64,000 bases of DNA from Phoronis australis (taxonomy: Eukaryota > Animalia > Phoronida). Below the pieces are notes generated by a model that had not been told where the DNA came from, did no database searches, and saw only the letters and a program-made list of their open reading frames with translations. The translations under genes were made by a program, and so were the position numbers. The stretch covers positions 133,625-197,624 of the forward strand of contig NMRA01000353.1 of the NCBI GenBank assembly GCA_002633005.1, written 5' to 3'. Of the stretch, positions 26,222-41,200 are shown piece by piece (the stretch's first letter is position 1; the number at the start of each line of letters is the position of its first letter).

Positions 26222-29200
26222 AACACACACACGTGCATTATGCTGTCAACTTGGACTAGAATCTGGGGTCTGTTGCAGTATCCAAAATTGATCAGTGGGT
26301 TTTCAGATGGGTCAAACTGTCTGTGGTTTAATAACTACCAAGTTCCGTAATGGATCTTCATGAGAATGGGTATACTTTTTCTGTTGGGGAGGGTATGGCT
26401 GACGATAATTTTGGAAAGAGTCCAGCCACTGTGTTGTCCCCTAATGACAATTTAGCTTTTGTTTACTAAAAAGTTCCTTGATGAATGTTCACAAAAGTTG
26501 ACCAGATTAGGTTCTTGTCAAGGAGTAATTTGAATTTTCGTTGTGTTTGCCTCAATATTGACCAAGTTTTTTTATGACACTTTTTGCAATTTTATAGGTG
26601 TGATCCTATTGCCATTTTTGTAATGGTGCCCATTATATCAATTTTTTGTTCCTGCCACAATATCTGCCAAGTTTCTTGATGGATTTTTATGACTTTTGGG
26701 AATGTGGGTTCCTACACTCTGGGAAATCTGTATAGTGTTGTGCCCACTTGTGGCAGTGTTAGGTTTTTGGCATACAGCCCTTTCTGTCCTAGCCCTTGAG
26801 ATCTTTGTGATATATATAGAACCACTTTTTCTATTACACAACCCCTTAATTTCAGAACAAAATTATCACTAGTGCTGCAATTTGTTGTGACAATTTCAAT
26901 TTTGGTCTGCTTGCTTTGTGCCCCATATTACTACCTTTAGTGGGAATGTTTAAAGTAATGATCACCCGTTGTATCTGTGCTTTATGCGATGGGCACGGTT
27001 GGTCCATATCAATTCTGTGCGAGATATGTACGGTGGGTGCATATCAATACTATGGGAGATATACACAGTGGGTGCATATCAATACTATGGGAGATATACA
27101 CAGTGGGTGCATATCAATACTATGTAAGATATACACGGTGGGTGCATATCAATACTATGTGAGATATACACGGTGGGCGCATATCAATACTATGTGAGAT
27201 ATACACGTTGGGTGCATATCAATACTATGTAAGATATACACGGTGGGTGCATATCAATACTATGTGAGATACACACGGTGGGTGCATATCAATACTATGT
27301 AAGATGTACACGGTGGGCGCATATCAATACTATTTGAGATATACATGATGGGCGCATATCAATACTATGTGTTGCTTTCTTGATCTGCTTTTAGCCTTCT
27401 ACTCTTTTAGATCTGTTAAGTTCTAGCCTAACACAATGCATGTCAGGCTTGATTGATGTTATTTTTTATCTACTAGAAAATTGACTCTGGCATTTTCGTC
27501 CTCATGGCACTAACGTGACTTGTTATTTTGACAAACTGACCAGTACTAAAATGAACAATTGAATCTGGGTTTATCACAGGAATTTTGGCGCAGCTAGTTC
27601 ACTTCTCAAAGTAGTAACACTTGCTGCACAAATCCATTCTAACAATTTTGCTGACTACGCTATGAGACAATGTTCTAGAAGATAAAGCATGCCTTTAACT
27701 GTTGCTCACTAACTTTCGTTTATTTATATTCTTGTTTTGGCTAGTGATCTCGCCTCCTGTACTAACACTGTGGGTGTGGGCTTCAGTGCATCACAGGTGG
27801 GTTATTTCGCAGCTTTATTTGTAACTTGTGACTGACACGCATGATTCTCCAAGCAGGAGTGCTTGCTCGACATGCTTTTTGCCTTAGTGCAGCTGCCTGC
27901 ATTGGTAGAACTGGTGCTGTTTAGCTGATCTACCGTCTTACTAATGTACATATGGACGTGTGTAATGTTGCCTATGTCTGCAATTAAGTCTATGGGACTA
28001 CATACATAATGTCAAGTTGTGCCTATATCTAGGATTAATGCACGCGCTTATGCAGGAAACATTAAAGTAAAACTTTGGCAAATACACCAATATTTGAAAC
28101 ACCCCAGTACAATTTTTGAAAACAAAACATGGAATGTAAGCATATTGGGATGGCAGATTTTAGTGTGCAGTCGGCCATTATCAGGAAGGGATCAAATGTT
28201 GATTTTACAGGTAGTATTAATTAGATAACTTATTAACCAATGTTACTCACCCTCACTGTTGGTCAGTGTTACCATGTGAGTATTGTTGAACTGCTATTAT
28301 GTGTGAAATTGTATAATTACCTCTTACAACTCTTGTGTGAGTAATTTCTGAAGGTTAAAATTTGTCTTACACTTAACATTTTGACTTGGCATTTTCATGT
28401 TTCCATACCAATATTGTTTTCAAAGGCGTACATTGTGTAACCTCAAATGACAGTTGCATCTGAAGTGTAGAATTTATAATCTTGCAAAGTTCTGGGTAAC
28501 TACAAGATTATCTTTTTTAGTCAATATAAAATTTAAAATAGAATAATCTGTCTTCTATTCAGGCTCTGAATTATTACATCAGAGGTGTGTTTCATGTCTT
28601 GTAAGAACATACCCTATTTATTCAGGTGAACGCCGAGAAAAGTTAAAAAAGTTGGAATGCGCATTCGGCTGGGTGTGGGTATTGAACAAAGTGGTGAAGT
28701 CTGGGTGTGTCTGCAATTGATTACCACGAATGATCAGTATTTCTGAACATCCATGGTGTTGTATGTGTGGAAAAAAATTTCAGTAACATTTGGTAAAATT
28801 TTGAGCATTTGCAAGAATGGTAAGTCCCTGAAAAAAGAAACGTGACACAGTTTTACTAATTTTTGTCCCAAATTGGGGAATTTTTACTGTTAGTAATACT
28901 ATGTCCTCCACTTCACTCACAAGTGTCATAAAAAACTGTCGTCCGCAGAAATGTTGTGCTGTTTGTTATGCACAGGCAAGCTAATTCTTAGCAGAAATTC
29001 TCTGTAGTTGAATGTATCACTGAGACATTGTACTGAAAGTTCTGGCTGTATGATCTGGTTGTGGGCATATAACCAAACGTGGCCATTTTTGTTAAGCCAC
29101 ATGTAGGTGTTAACCTGAATGGATATGGTAGCTAATTCAGAATCATGAACATAACACAGGTACCTATTCACATGTTTGACTAGGTATTCTGAGAGATCGT

Positions 29201-32200
29201 TGTTTTAGCCCTGCCCTGTACCATTACAGTACCACATATTACGGTAGTCTTCTATTTACCCACAATGCTGCACTCTCGTCAGGCACGTATCTTGCTGGTT
29301 CCTAGTTTGTTAACTGTTGTCATGCAAGTCACTTTTCTATGACGTGTTTTGCTCTTAATGTCTTTTTGCGCTGTTGCGTAGTCTGCACTTGTTTGGCTTT
29401 GCTGATTCCTCTGAGTCAACCAGCTCAGACATCTGATTGGTTCTCGATGACGACTTCCGGCTAACAATACCAATGAGATGGCTTAGCTAGATGATGTGGC
29501 GGATCCGGCAAACTCAATGGGGTGTAGCTATAGTGAGTTGGAATGACATCAGGAAATTTGAAAAACATAATGTGTTAATGATCGTTGATGCCCAATTGAT
29601 CATTTTTGAATTGTTCCAATCAACACAAAACTACTTGACATTTGTAAAACTAGGTCAGTTGTACAGTGTATTTTTGTGCCTTTGAGAAATACTAGAACGT
29701 TCATGTTGGGACGGGACTATTAAATGAAACTCAAATGTAAAGATAAATTAGCAGTACGTTTTCTTCATAGTTATGTTCTTGGTTCATATTTTGTAGTGAC
29801 TGTTAAAAATTCTTCAGAGTAAAATTACATTATGGCAGATTAATGGAATTTACTTTTGTCAAATTTTAAGACAAAATTGTCAGCATGGTGTATAGTACAG
29901 GACTCAAGGTCTAGTTTCTGGACTCAGGCTTGACTCTGAAGTTTTGAAACGTAAGTGTACTTGAAGCATGCCATGTTAAGTTTCGTGTGCAGAGAGTAGA
30001 TTTGGGTCCTGATGTCGCGAGAGAGCATTTTCTAAAATGTTGAGCATTCGCAGCAGTTCAGTGAACCTTTGAAATTAGGAAGCCGTAATTTTGCCTGAAG
30101 AATGTGTACTGTGCTATCTTGTATGTCTGGTATGTCTAACCTGCACCTCTTCTTTACCAGCCATCAAATGACCAGGTTGACTGTCCTCTTTTGTCAAGCA
30201 GTGTAAGCAGGGTATCATTGTCTCCTCTCATCCAGGGTGATAATCAGCGAGTCTACTGCTCAGACAGTCCAGTTCATTACCACTAATCAGACCTTTGTTC
30301 TTTGAACCAAAATTCACTCTCACCACGCTTATCCTGTGGGTTGAAATTTGGTCACAAGCTGGTACCTCACTTCTCTCTAAATATATGGAAACATTTTTCC
30401 TAATAAAAATTGACCTACTTTGAGGGAACTACATGTAAAGTGGCAGTTGCTAAGCTGTAGTTGTCATTTCACAACACTCAAATACCCTCAGTTTCCATGA
30501 TTCTTAATTACCGGTAACTTGCTTTTTATGTCTAGATTGGTTTAAACCACAAATCAACGTGTTTATTAGGTTGTTTCCTTCCCCGTATGTCCTTGGTCTA
30601 CTGGCTTCAACAATATGGTAGTCAGAGCTGTAGGGTCTGCTGAAATCTCCTCTGTTATTGTTTGCCTTGTTGAACTTTTTTATTTGGAATGCTTGTGCAG
30701 TGGTGGATTGCTTATTAATGCATGCCTCTGAAGATTATGAGTTAACTCAACTGTGAGTAAAGCTTCTTCAATAACTTGTTATTTAGTAAAAACTAGTCTT
30801 TTGTTTTGTCAAATGCTTTTACTAGAATAACTTGGAGTATCATTGAATTTTAAACAAGAAAGTGTCCTTACTGATATTTGTTTTGTTAATCTAAACGTGT
30901 AATTGTTTGGGTCAGGTGTTTTAATCTCGTCAGCAAATTAAGTTTTGACCCTAGTTTCAAAATGTGGACAAATGCGGAGATAATTCTAGAGTGAGCAAAG
31001 ACCAGTCGTGAGCTTTTATTTATAAATTAGAAGTTCAAATCAAGTGGAACGTTCATAACTTGGTGTTATGTGCATGTATTAGCATGCTAAGCCACAACTG
31101 TCACCAGATGTCACTGTAGTGCACCTCCCTGACTTATTTCTATCTGAAATATGGATTGGCTTTTCTATAAATAACATGCTTCTTTGAATGGTGTCAGGGT
31201 GTCTACATTTTGAAAAGCAATTTGTTGAAATGTTGGTGGCCTTCACAAACGATTGGCATTTACCTTCATTGTATCAATTGTAAATATTTACACAGTGATG
31301 TTTTGACAGCAACAGCAAACTTCCTTCTTGGAGCATAGCCAATTAATCAATAGAAAAGAATTTGTGTTTTGCAAAATACAACTAAAATATAACCTGGTTA
31401 CAGATCATAATGTAATGAATAATAATCAGGTATTGATTAAAATTATTTGTTTTACAGTAATGAGATTAAGCTAAATACCTGAGAGCAATTTTCAATGGGA
31501 GGTAGTCCTAAAAGTGAGGACTTGCACTCTTTCAAAAATGTTGTTACAATCAATACAAAAGTCACATGACTTACATTGTGTTATGTAGTGCTATCTGTGG
31601 GACAAAGTGGAAATGTTTGAGTTACAAGAATGTACCATAATGTTTTAGACACCCATGAGTGCAGTGAAATTTTATGTAATCAAATTTCTGTTCAAAATAA
31701 ACAATATTTTTATTAATGTGTTATTTATAATGAGGGTAGCCCCATCAGTTCACACTGCTTTCCATGGGGGCCCTCAATACATTTTCACTTGGCAGTTTGT
31801 ACTGAGGAATGTCAATTTCATCAATTGTTTTTGTTTTAATTTGAAGTAATTTTGGATATTCAGAGTGGTGCAATTGCCTTGACACATTGAGAAACTGGCC
31901 TGTATTTGTGAACAGTACCACTTTATCATTTGGTGCATTATTGAAAAGCTGGAAAACATGTTTTATTTAGACATGTAAACACTTGTGTTTTAACCATTCT
32001 CAACAACAGGATGTTTGGATTTATTGGAAAAAAATTAAAGAAAATTTTGATGCATTTCTTTCTTTCAAATCGCCTTCTAAAGTTTTTGAAAGACACTTGT
32101 GTTGAGAAAGTGTTGATACGTTCTGTTTATAACATGTTTTATATTATTCAATATTCCAACATCAATCGCAAACATTCTGAACATGGTGTACTAAGTTTTG

Positions 32201-35200
32201 AAATGCTAGAAAGGTGGTGAATTGGGCAATCATTTGTTTCTGAATTGTCAAGAAACTACAACACATATTATTATGTTTGCTACCTTTTCTGTCTCTCCTG
32301 TTCATGTTTTCTTGTTGTGGTGTAACTGATCTTAGCTCAAGTTGATACAGTCTGTGTGCTGTAGGCTGTTGGTAGTTGTCTCTGTTCTGTACACTTTTAT
32401 TAAAATTACGTGTGGCTTGCGACATTTAACACAAAGCTGGTTTCTTGATGTTTCATCTACCTTCTGTCTGTGGTTGGTAACATAATTGTTTTTATTATAT
32501 AACTATAGGAATGTGTTATTGATTTGTTATTACATGAACTTATTGGAATTTATTGTAGCCTTGTAAATATTCTTCTGTTTTAATATGCAATGACTGTGAT
32601 CTAGTGTTTATTCCCATTTGCTTCTTGTTTTTCCCTAAAGTTTCTTTTTCATGTAAAAAATTCTAAGCTCATTCATACATTGTGTTCTTTTATGACAAGA
32701 AGTATCTTTTTGCCCATTGTTCAATCGTGCTTGAACAAGTAGCCGTGTCCATTACTGACATTTGTTCTTGTGTTTCTAGGATGGACTGGTTCGATACTTT
32801 ATTAACAAGAAAATCAAGTATGTCTGGTCTTCTGTGAACAACACCTTTGAAAAACAGAAGTGAGTTGACAGCATTACATATAGTCCATTACAGAGGCTCT
32901 TGTCTAGACAGCATTACATATAGTCCATTACAGAGGCTCTTTTCTAGACAGCATTACATATAGTTCATTCCGGAGGCTCTTGTTTAGACAGCATTACAGT
33001 CCATTACAGAGGCTCTTGTATAGACAGCATTCCATATAGTCCATTACGGATGCTCTTGTCCAACAAAGCCCACTGTCTTAAGATAAAAGGAAGACTAGGA
33101 TCAAAGAAAGTAGATAACTTATTAGTTTATTGGATACTTTCATTACCAAGGATTGAATTTCTTAAAAAACTATTTAGTTATTAATAGTAGAGCCATAAAC
33201 ATTTATGTTCTTAAAAGCTATTATGATCACAAAGTGTTTTTGTGTCACAAAATTTTTTTGTGTACCAAGTATTCGGAATTATCAGACTGCTTTTTTCTAA
33301 AACTTCTTGATTTCTCGAAAAGATCAACAAACATGATTTTTTTTGCATAAAACATGCAAATTCTGCTTCTATATACTATTAGCTACAAAAGTTTGTGGAC
33401 TTTGAATTCTTGCAATGTGTATTTTCTCGTAAATCCTTCTAGTCCGAGAACTCCATGGTCAAAAATGAAAGATTTTAACACTCAGGCTAAAAGAAAATCC
33501 CAAACGTTATTTTAACTAATTGAATAACGAAACAGAATTTCCAAGTTGCATGCAAAATTGTTGTGCTTGTAGAAAATTTAGCAATCTCCATGAAACATGT
33601 ATTTTTAGAAAAAATCACAATCTGGACCTTGGGTTTGTGCACATAGTACGATTCTGTGACTGTCAAGTATCTTTAAAATTTTTTACTGTAACAGAGCAAG
33701 TCTCCAGTGAACATCAAAAATGTGTATTTCATAAGCATGACAATAAATGTTCCGTTACTAACGTCCCGTTACATTACTTGGACCTCTAATAGTGTTTTAA
33801 ATGTTTTTAAGAAATTCGCAATTATAGTAATGAAGGTATCCTATTGCTAATACCTTATGGTAATGAACAATGTTCTTATAGTTGGGCATTGAAAAGTGCC
33901 AGATCTGGACAATAGTGCATAGCAAACAAACAACAGAAGAAAAACAAAGAGCAGTTGAGCACATAAAGGAAAGAATGGGGTTTATGTAAAGTATGATAAT
34001 GAATGATTTCCTCAGCTCACTGCTTACTTTAGTAGTAAACAAGATGCAAATGAACTCTTATCAACACATGGCTGAACCAGAGTTACTCCCATGGGAAAAT
34101 GATAAAGGGTATCAATGTCTTTATTTTGATAATGTTAAGGGTAAAATCTCACCAATTTCAGACAAAAATAATCGATGAAATTGTCCTTTTTCATTTTTCA
34201 AGACTAAGTCTCAGTGAATTTTCATGGTATTTCTGAATTATGTGTAGTACAAACTTCCTGCAGTGAGAGGGAGGGAGAGAGGGAATATCAAGTTGTTTCT
34301 CTTGGATTGTCTTCTGCAATGTAGCCTGAACTGTAGGTTGTACAGTAAATTGTTCTTTCTTTTGTATGTTATTTCAAGTATTCATTTGAATACCATTGTC
34401 TATTGAAGGGGTTTAGATAACCACATGCCATGCTCCCAGTTCCATAACTCTGAAGGGTTGACTGAAGCTATCCAGCAGTGCAGGTATGAAGTTTACCAAA
34501 TGGTTATAGTTATAGCTCCAACCTTGGTGACAGGTGTTCTTGTGACTGGAATTGCATTATCTGTTAGATTATTTTCTGTAAATGGAGACAACTGTGGCCT
34601 GTTTTATGAAGGTGACTTCAGACTTAAGACAGAAATGTGGTCTTATGCTCCACAGAAGTAATTCAAGAAAATAGTTAAATCTCACATGAGCAAAAGTCCA
34701 AAGTCTTTGAGAATACACACACAACTGCTAGTTACTGAGATAATTTCTATAAACTATTTCTAGACTGTGATGCTCTCGTATTTCACTTGGCTAGAACCGT
34801 TTTCAGCAATTGTTAAGTGAGAGCGCAAGACCAAATTTCTATCTAAAGTCTTAAGTCATTTTCACGAAACAGAGCCCTGGTTAACATAGTGCAGACTTTA
34901 TTCTCCTTTGAATTAATTATGTTGATGAGATGCAAACTGGAGCTTACTTCCTATGCATGTGAGCTCGTTTGTTGATTGCTCTTAAATGAAATTCAGGTGA
35001 GTTACATTAATTAGTCTATTTATCCATCACAAGTAAGCTGAGCTGTGGGATCATGCCTATGGCCAGATATTGCAACAGCTAACCGTTTGGGTCAGGCTTC
35101 TAGCAGATTTGAAAAAAATATTGTTTGGCTGAGGTGGTCCACCTATGGGGGATCCTGGAGCGGTCCTCAGTTACCAGTAAGAGGTGTGTTCTACCCTTTT

Positions 35201-38200
35201 GAAAATGTCAGCAATTATGAACAAGCCCTGTTCGCTTGTTCTGTTAGCCTCTAGTTGATATAGACTCTATCTTACTGTTTTCAGGTTGCAGGAGTATGGC
35301 CCTAACAACATCGAAGTCCACGTTACCCCTATCATTGTTCTGCTGTTCCGTGAGGCTCTCAACCCGTTCTACATCTTTCAACTATTTAGTGTAATTTTAT
35401 GGTACTTTGACGAATATTGGTACTACGCATCCTGCATTATTGTGATGTCTGCTATATCTCTAACCCTGACCATTTATCAAACTAGGCAGGTGAGTTATAT
35501 ACCAGGGGTACATTCTGTGACACCACTATCTATATAGTGTAGTGCAACTTAATCTAAATTTATATAGTGTTTCGTTAGTATGTACTCACCTTTACTAGCA
35601 TACTTTAACAAAATGTTCATTTTTGAAAGTGATGAGATGCCTATATAAAATGATACTATCATGTAATTCTACAAGATTTATGGCATGAAATGTCTTGTGA
35701 ATGGGAATGGTTTAAATTGTTGAATTTGCCTGGGAATGTGCCTTAACGGTTAGACTGGATTGGGTTTTTGTTTGGTATTTTTGGCCATTCTCTTGCTCCG
35801 CTTTGTGAGTTACAATGTGGTGAGACAGTGATAACTGGCATACGTCTTGCACTTGTAAATAGTGAGGCAGTTTACATGCTTTTGTCTTGGCGTCACTGGC
35901 AAACTTACATTAATAATGCTGAGGACGGTCACACTTCACTTGCCAATAGTGACACTGCTCACACTCACTTGTCAATAGTGACACTGCTCACACTCACTTG
36001 TCAATAGTGACACTGCTCACACTCACTTGTCAATAGTGACACTGCTCACACTCACTTGTCAATAGTGACACTGCTCACACTCACTTCCTTGTACACACCC
36101 TAGCTAACCCCAGCTCCAGAGAAGAGAGACGTGTAGTCAATGTAAGAGCCCTTTACTTTGTATGAAGGTGTTGTGTTACTATTTCCTGCCACAAAATTTT
36201 GTACATGTGTGTTGGTGTTTCCAGGTGTCCCAATATTTTACATGTGAGATACTGTTGTTTCCAGATGTCACACTATTTTATTCATGAGATACCGTTGGGC
36301 TTAAGATGTTTCAACATTTTATACATGTGTTACTATTGGTGTTTCAGAATGGCATTATATTTTACATTTGAGATTCCGTTGGTGTTTCCAGATGTTACGA
36401 TAGTTTGTACATTTGGACAGGTGTTTCTGGATGTTACGGTATTTTGTATATGTGATAGATACTATTGGTGCTTCCAGATACAATATTTTGTACACGTGAT
36501 GCTATTGGCTTCTGGACAATATTTTGTACATGTGATACTATTGGTGTTGCCATTTGTTACAATATTTTATACATGTGATACTATTGGTGTTTCCAGATGT
36601 TATAATATTTTGCACATGTGATACTATTCTGGATGTTACGATATTTTATACATGTGATACCATTGGTGTTGCCTGATGTTACGATATTTTATACATGTGA
36701 TACTATTGGTGTTTTTAGATGCAGAGAGCTCTCCGCAACACTATACATTCTATGGACACAGTGACTGTGGCCAGAATAATGGACAATCAGCCAGGTAAGC
36801 CTCAACTGATCTTTTGTAGTTCAATGAATCACTGTATTGTGCTGGGGACATGTTTCATGATGAAGCAAGGATAATGGTTGTTTGCCTGTCACATTATTCA
36901 TTGTTCTGTTGCTTTGCATGAATTACAACACTGCTTATTCTAGTGAAAGTGGCAGGCATTTTGGGTCACACCCTGCATCATTTGCACTTCTAAATTTTCA
37001 TGGACTGGACTCGCCGCAATTGCTTAACTCTGGCCAATGAACACATTAAAATTGCATTGCAAACACGCTTTATTTTGAAGTTACTTTGTCAAGAATAATG
37101 CATTTAGATTCTGACAGTGCAGAGTTGCTGATCAAAACTAGTGTCATTGAGGAAAACAACGAAAGTGATATGGAGTCTCGCAGGTTGGAATACGCAGATC
37201 GCAAGTGTGGATATATGCAATTACACGTAGATGTTTAGACCAATCAGTCGTGTAATGTAGACCTACTAGCAGATGAATTCACCCTCGAATCAACAAAGAA
37301 CAAAGTATTAATGTGATTTTCAGGGTCTCCAAATTGACCTGTACCAATGTTTTTTAAATGCAATGTTTTGAAAAGTTGCAAGCATTCTCAATAGGGTCAG
37401 AACCCTTTGAAAAACAAACTAAATTTTGACAATTGCGTTACTGAAATTGTTGCTATTTTATTTTAATACTTTTGACTGGGTATATGGGCCGTTATCACAA
37501 TTGGGATGTTGGCAGGGTGGCAGTCACCAAAATCTGTTGGGCAGTCATTAGAAACGGGGTGGGGAGCAGGCACCAGAAATTTGAGTGTGTATATTTCAAC
37601 GAAGGATTTTGGTAAAGCAAAGAAACATAGCTCTAATAAAATGAATTCAAGTTCCCAAAACTGGACCCTAATAAAATAAATTCCTTAAAATACACCTCAT
37701 ATATGGTTATAATCATACCCTAAATGTGAAATGCAAGTAACATGCCCAGCCTGAAAAATGACCCTTTCATGTAAAATTTTGTTGAATCATGTTCCCAAAT
37801 CTTTATTACCGCCTACACAGGTTCAGTCACTGCCTCAATTTTTTCCACTATTCTACTAAGAATGAGTGACTTATTTTTGTCAAGTTGTTTGTCATGATTA
37901 TTATTTGTTGTTGCAGTATTTGTTGATGTGACGTCTGACTGTCTAGTGCCTGGTGATGTGATAGAGATACCTCGTAATGGATGTATGATGCAGTGTGATG
38001 CAGTCTTGATCACTGGTAACTGTATTGTCAATGAGAGCATGCTAACAGGTTTGTACTAGACCTGCTGTTGGTCAAGTAATGTTATCAAGAATTTTCATGT
38101 TAGTGTTTATCTTGAATACATTTCAACTGTCAGTATATCTGTGGCACTGGATTTGATTGTGAAAGCACTGGGTATAAAAATAGGAACTTCCTCATCTTTA

Positions 38201-41200
38201 TGTTGTAGTATTTCGACTCGTATTTTTTTGTGTAGTTGCCTATGTCGAGCGCTGGTCTGTTTTATTTCTTGTGGCCTTGTTCATTACCTTAGCAAGACTT
38301 AGCTAACTGGACTGTCGTGCCTTCTTGATTGACCTTCATCCATGTATTTTGAAGTAAGCGCACTCCTGAAAATAAAACTTGAAGATTAAGCAAAATGCTC
38401 AAATGGCTGGAAACCCAGGATGTCACTCCCATCTTTTTGTTAGTGTTGATAATTTGATAAATGTGTGTTGACTAGTGCTATTAACTTTAGTTGTAAATGT
38501 TTCATTAATCTTAAAGGTTATCCTAGAAAAATGTCCAAATTTTTTTACGTCTGAACATCACATATGAGAAATAACTGGATTCATATTAAGCATTGGAATA
38601 CTATACGTAAGGCACTGTTTTCCAAAACTGTAGGAATTAAATTAATAATTGCTTTAAAAATAATACACTATTGCATAAGGGGATATCAAAGTTATGAAAT
38701 GTTGATTATATAAAAAATTCACAAGTTGGATATAATGGAAACAAAATTATAACTTAGAATATTGTAACGTTTTCAAGATTTCATCCCGAACATTTATATG
38801 AAATGAAATTTGGTCGTGTTATTGATATCATTGTATTGCTATGAATAAAGCTAAATTTTATACCTAGTCATGTGACCCAGTTAATGACAGATTGATGCTG
38901 AGGACGAATAAAATTCAGCAATCTTTTTAATTTCCAAAAATGCATACTTTTTCTGAGTTAAATCATAGTTTTGTATGTTTGACTAAATACGTCGACTTGT
39001 TGATAAGGTCTTGCATAACATTAATTGTAAAATGTGAAAAGTAGGTACAACTAACACTAGAAATACGGTAAAAATTCTCTAGTTAGGGACAGTTTCTAAA
39101 AATTGAGACAGAAATTCAAGCAGACTTGTTTGATTCTACAGATTGAGACATGGTCGATTTTGGTGTTCATCATTTTTCTGAAATTTCTCGTGGCGACTTG
39201 GAATTTTTCCCAGGTCGCCAAGCACAATCTGAGGTGGCCACGGATGCGTTACTATTTCAAATATGAGCCTGTAATGACAAAACTTTTCATGGTATTTTTG
39301 TTTAGGTGAAAGCGTGCCAGTGACCAAGACACCAGTCGTAAATAATGATGACGTCCACTTCAACATAAAGGACCATTCAAAGCACACACTGTTTTGTGGC
39401 ACAAAGGTTATACAGACCCGTTACTATGGTGACCAAAAGGTCAGGGCAATGGTCATCAGAACAGGTATGTAGTGATTTAGGTAAAAGTCCTCTCACTTTT
39501 CATCTAGATTAAGCCAGACAGCTGTCTAGGAAACGTGATGCTGCTTGTAAAGTTTTAATGAGACCATTTTGCATGTTACTAATCCTACTCCTAATCGCAG
39601 TCATCAGAGGGATAGTTGTCATTTAAAGGAATTAGGTTTTACAATAACTGAGTATAAAAACAGTTCAAAGGAAGTAGAATGGTTATTTGCAAATTTTCTT
39701 CGCAATTGAATGATCTTTTCCAGTGATATTTTTGTTGTGTATGTTGTGATATATAAAAGGTGCGCTGTTATTTGTCTTATCTCTCGGTTGAGTTACCTAC
39801 CTTCAGTATCGTATTAAACGTATTTCACTTCAGGTTTCACAACTGCCAAGGGTGAGCTAGTCAGGTCCATAATGTTCCCCAGGCCTGTCGACTTTCATTT
39901 CTACCAAGACACTTACAAGTTTGTGGGCTTCCTTGCAGGCCTTGCCAGTTTTGGTTTTATATTCACAGTTGTCCTTATGGTAAGGTCTCAAGGTGTTATC
40001 ATGCTCTGCCATTCTTGCTACAACTGAGATACAGATATATCAATGTTTGGGTTGCTGTAAACATCAATTGGTTGGTTGAAGATTACGTCTGATCACTTAT
40101 TTTGTGGTTTTCATTCCTCTGCGTCAATAATGTTTGTTCTTCAAGTGTAACTTGAACATTTGTGATTGCTTTCTTGTTGGTGGGAGCTTTCATTATCTGT
40201 TTATTATTCTCAAGTTGAATCTAAATCTAAGTAACATTTAATACTAGGTTGTTTTCAGCCAGACTTTAGAGCTCCAGCTGCAACCGCAGAGTTATTAGCG
40301 AGCTGCAGACAAACTGTTTCAGACCCTCTTTCTTGTGATCATGGCTGACGTTTGGATTCAAATCTCTGTGAATAATCTAGTTGTGCATAAAGAAATTTTT
40401 AGACATTCTTCAAACCCATCCTTCTCTGTCCAGTTATAACCTGGTGGTGCTTGTTGGTCTGTCACAGGTTGTGCGGGGTGACTCGGTGGGTGACATCTTC
40501 CTGCGGTCCCTCGACATGATCACTATCGCCGTCCCACCAGCCCTGCCTGCAGCTCTCAGTGTTGGCATCGTCTTTGCACAGGCGCGTCTGAGAAAGAAGC
40601 TCATCTACTGCATAAGTCCACGTAGTATCAACATCTGTGGATCTGTAAATGTTGTCTGCTTTGATAAGGTGTGTTGCCATCTTTACTGTAAGTTTCCTAC
40701 AGTTTTATGCTCGTACACAAATAGAAACATTTGGCACAGTAGGGCAAGCCAGCTGAGTTGTTACAATTAATGCTGTTTGTCTGCATGTTAAAAGTCATAA
40801 GTTTACTTGACAGGACAGTTTTTAATTTGTCTAACTTTTGTATTTTTACATGAACAAATTTAGCAAATATACAAAAGACTTCCATTCATGCACATGTTTG
40901 CAAGCATCAACAGGACCTTGTAAAATAACAATGAACCACTGAACTCGTAAATATCATAAAATTCTTCCATGTTGCTCAAAATCTTACTCAAGATTGTAAT
41001 GTTTCATTTTTTATGCGCGGACAGCGCGTATATTATTGAATAATATAACAACATAAAGTGCATTCTTATTTTATCTATGAATTGTTTAATTAGCAACAGT
41101 GAAATGTTACATAGAAAATCCCAAATAACAATTTAGTAATAGAAGACAATTGGAAATATGAATGTGAAAGCTTTGTAGTTTCCCCTACGACACTGCCTTC

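Larger units (their letters stand above)
25991..27383 (+). mobile_element. HINE-like element of a related family, with 5' microsatellites and a tandemly amplified 3' end
   Basis: 5' ttatgcgcccat, (CA)n/(CACT)n, 3' atgggcgcata...ttgctttcttg. Confidence 0.6.

Noticed and set aside
26996-27370. CRISPR-like repeat array (also the other 25-45 bp arrays)
   Set aside because: Head-to-tail units with no unique spacers, eukaryotic context, no cas genes
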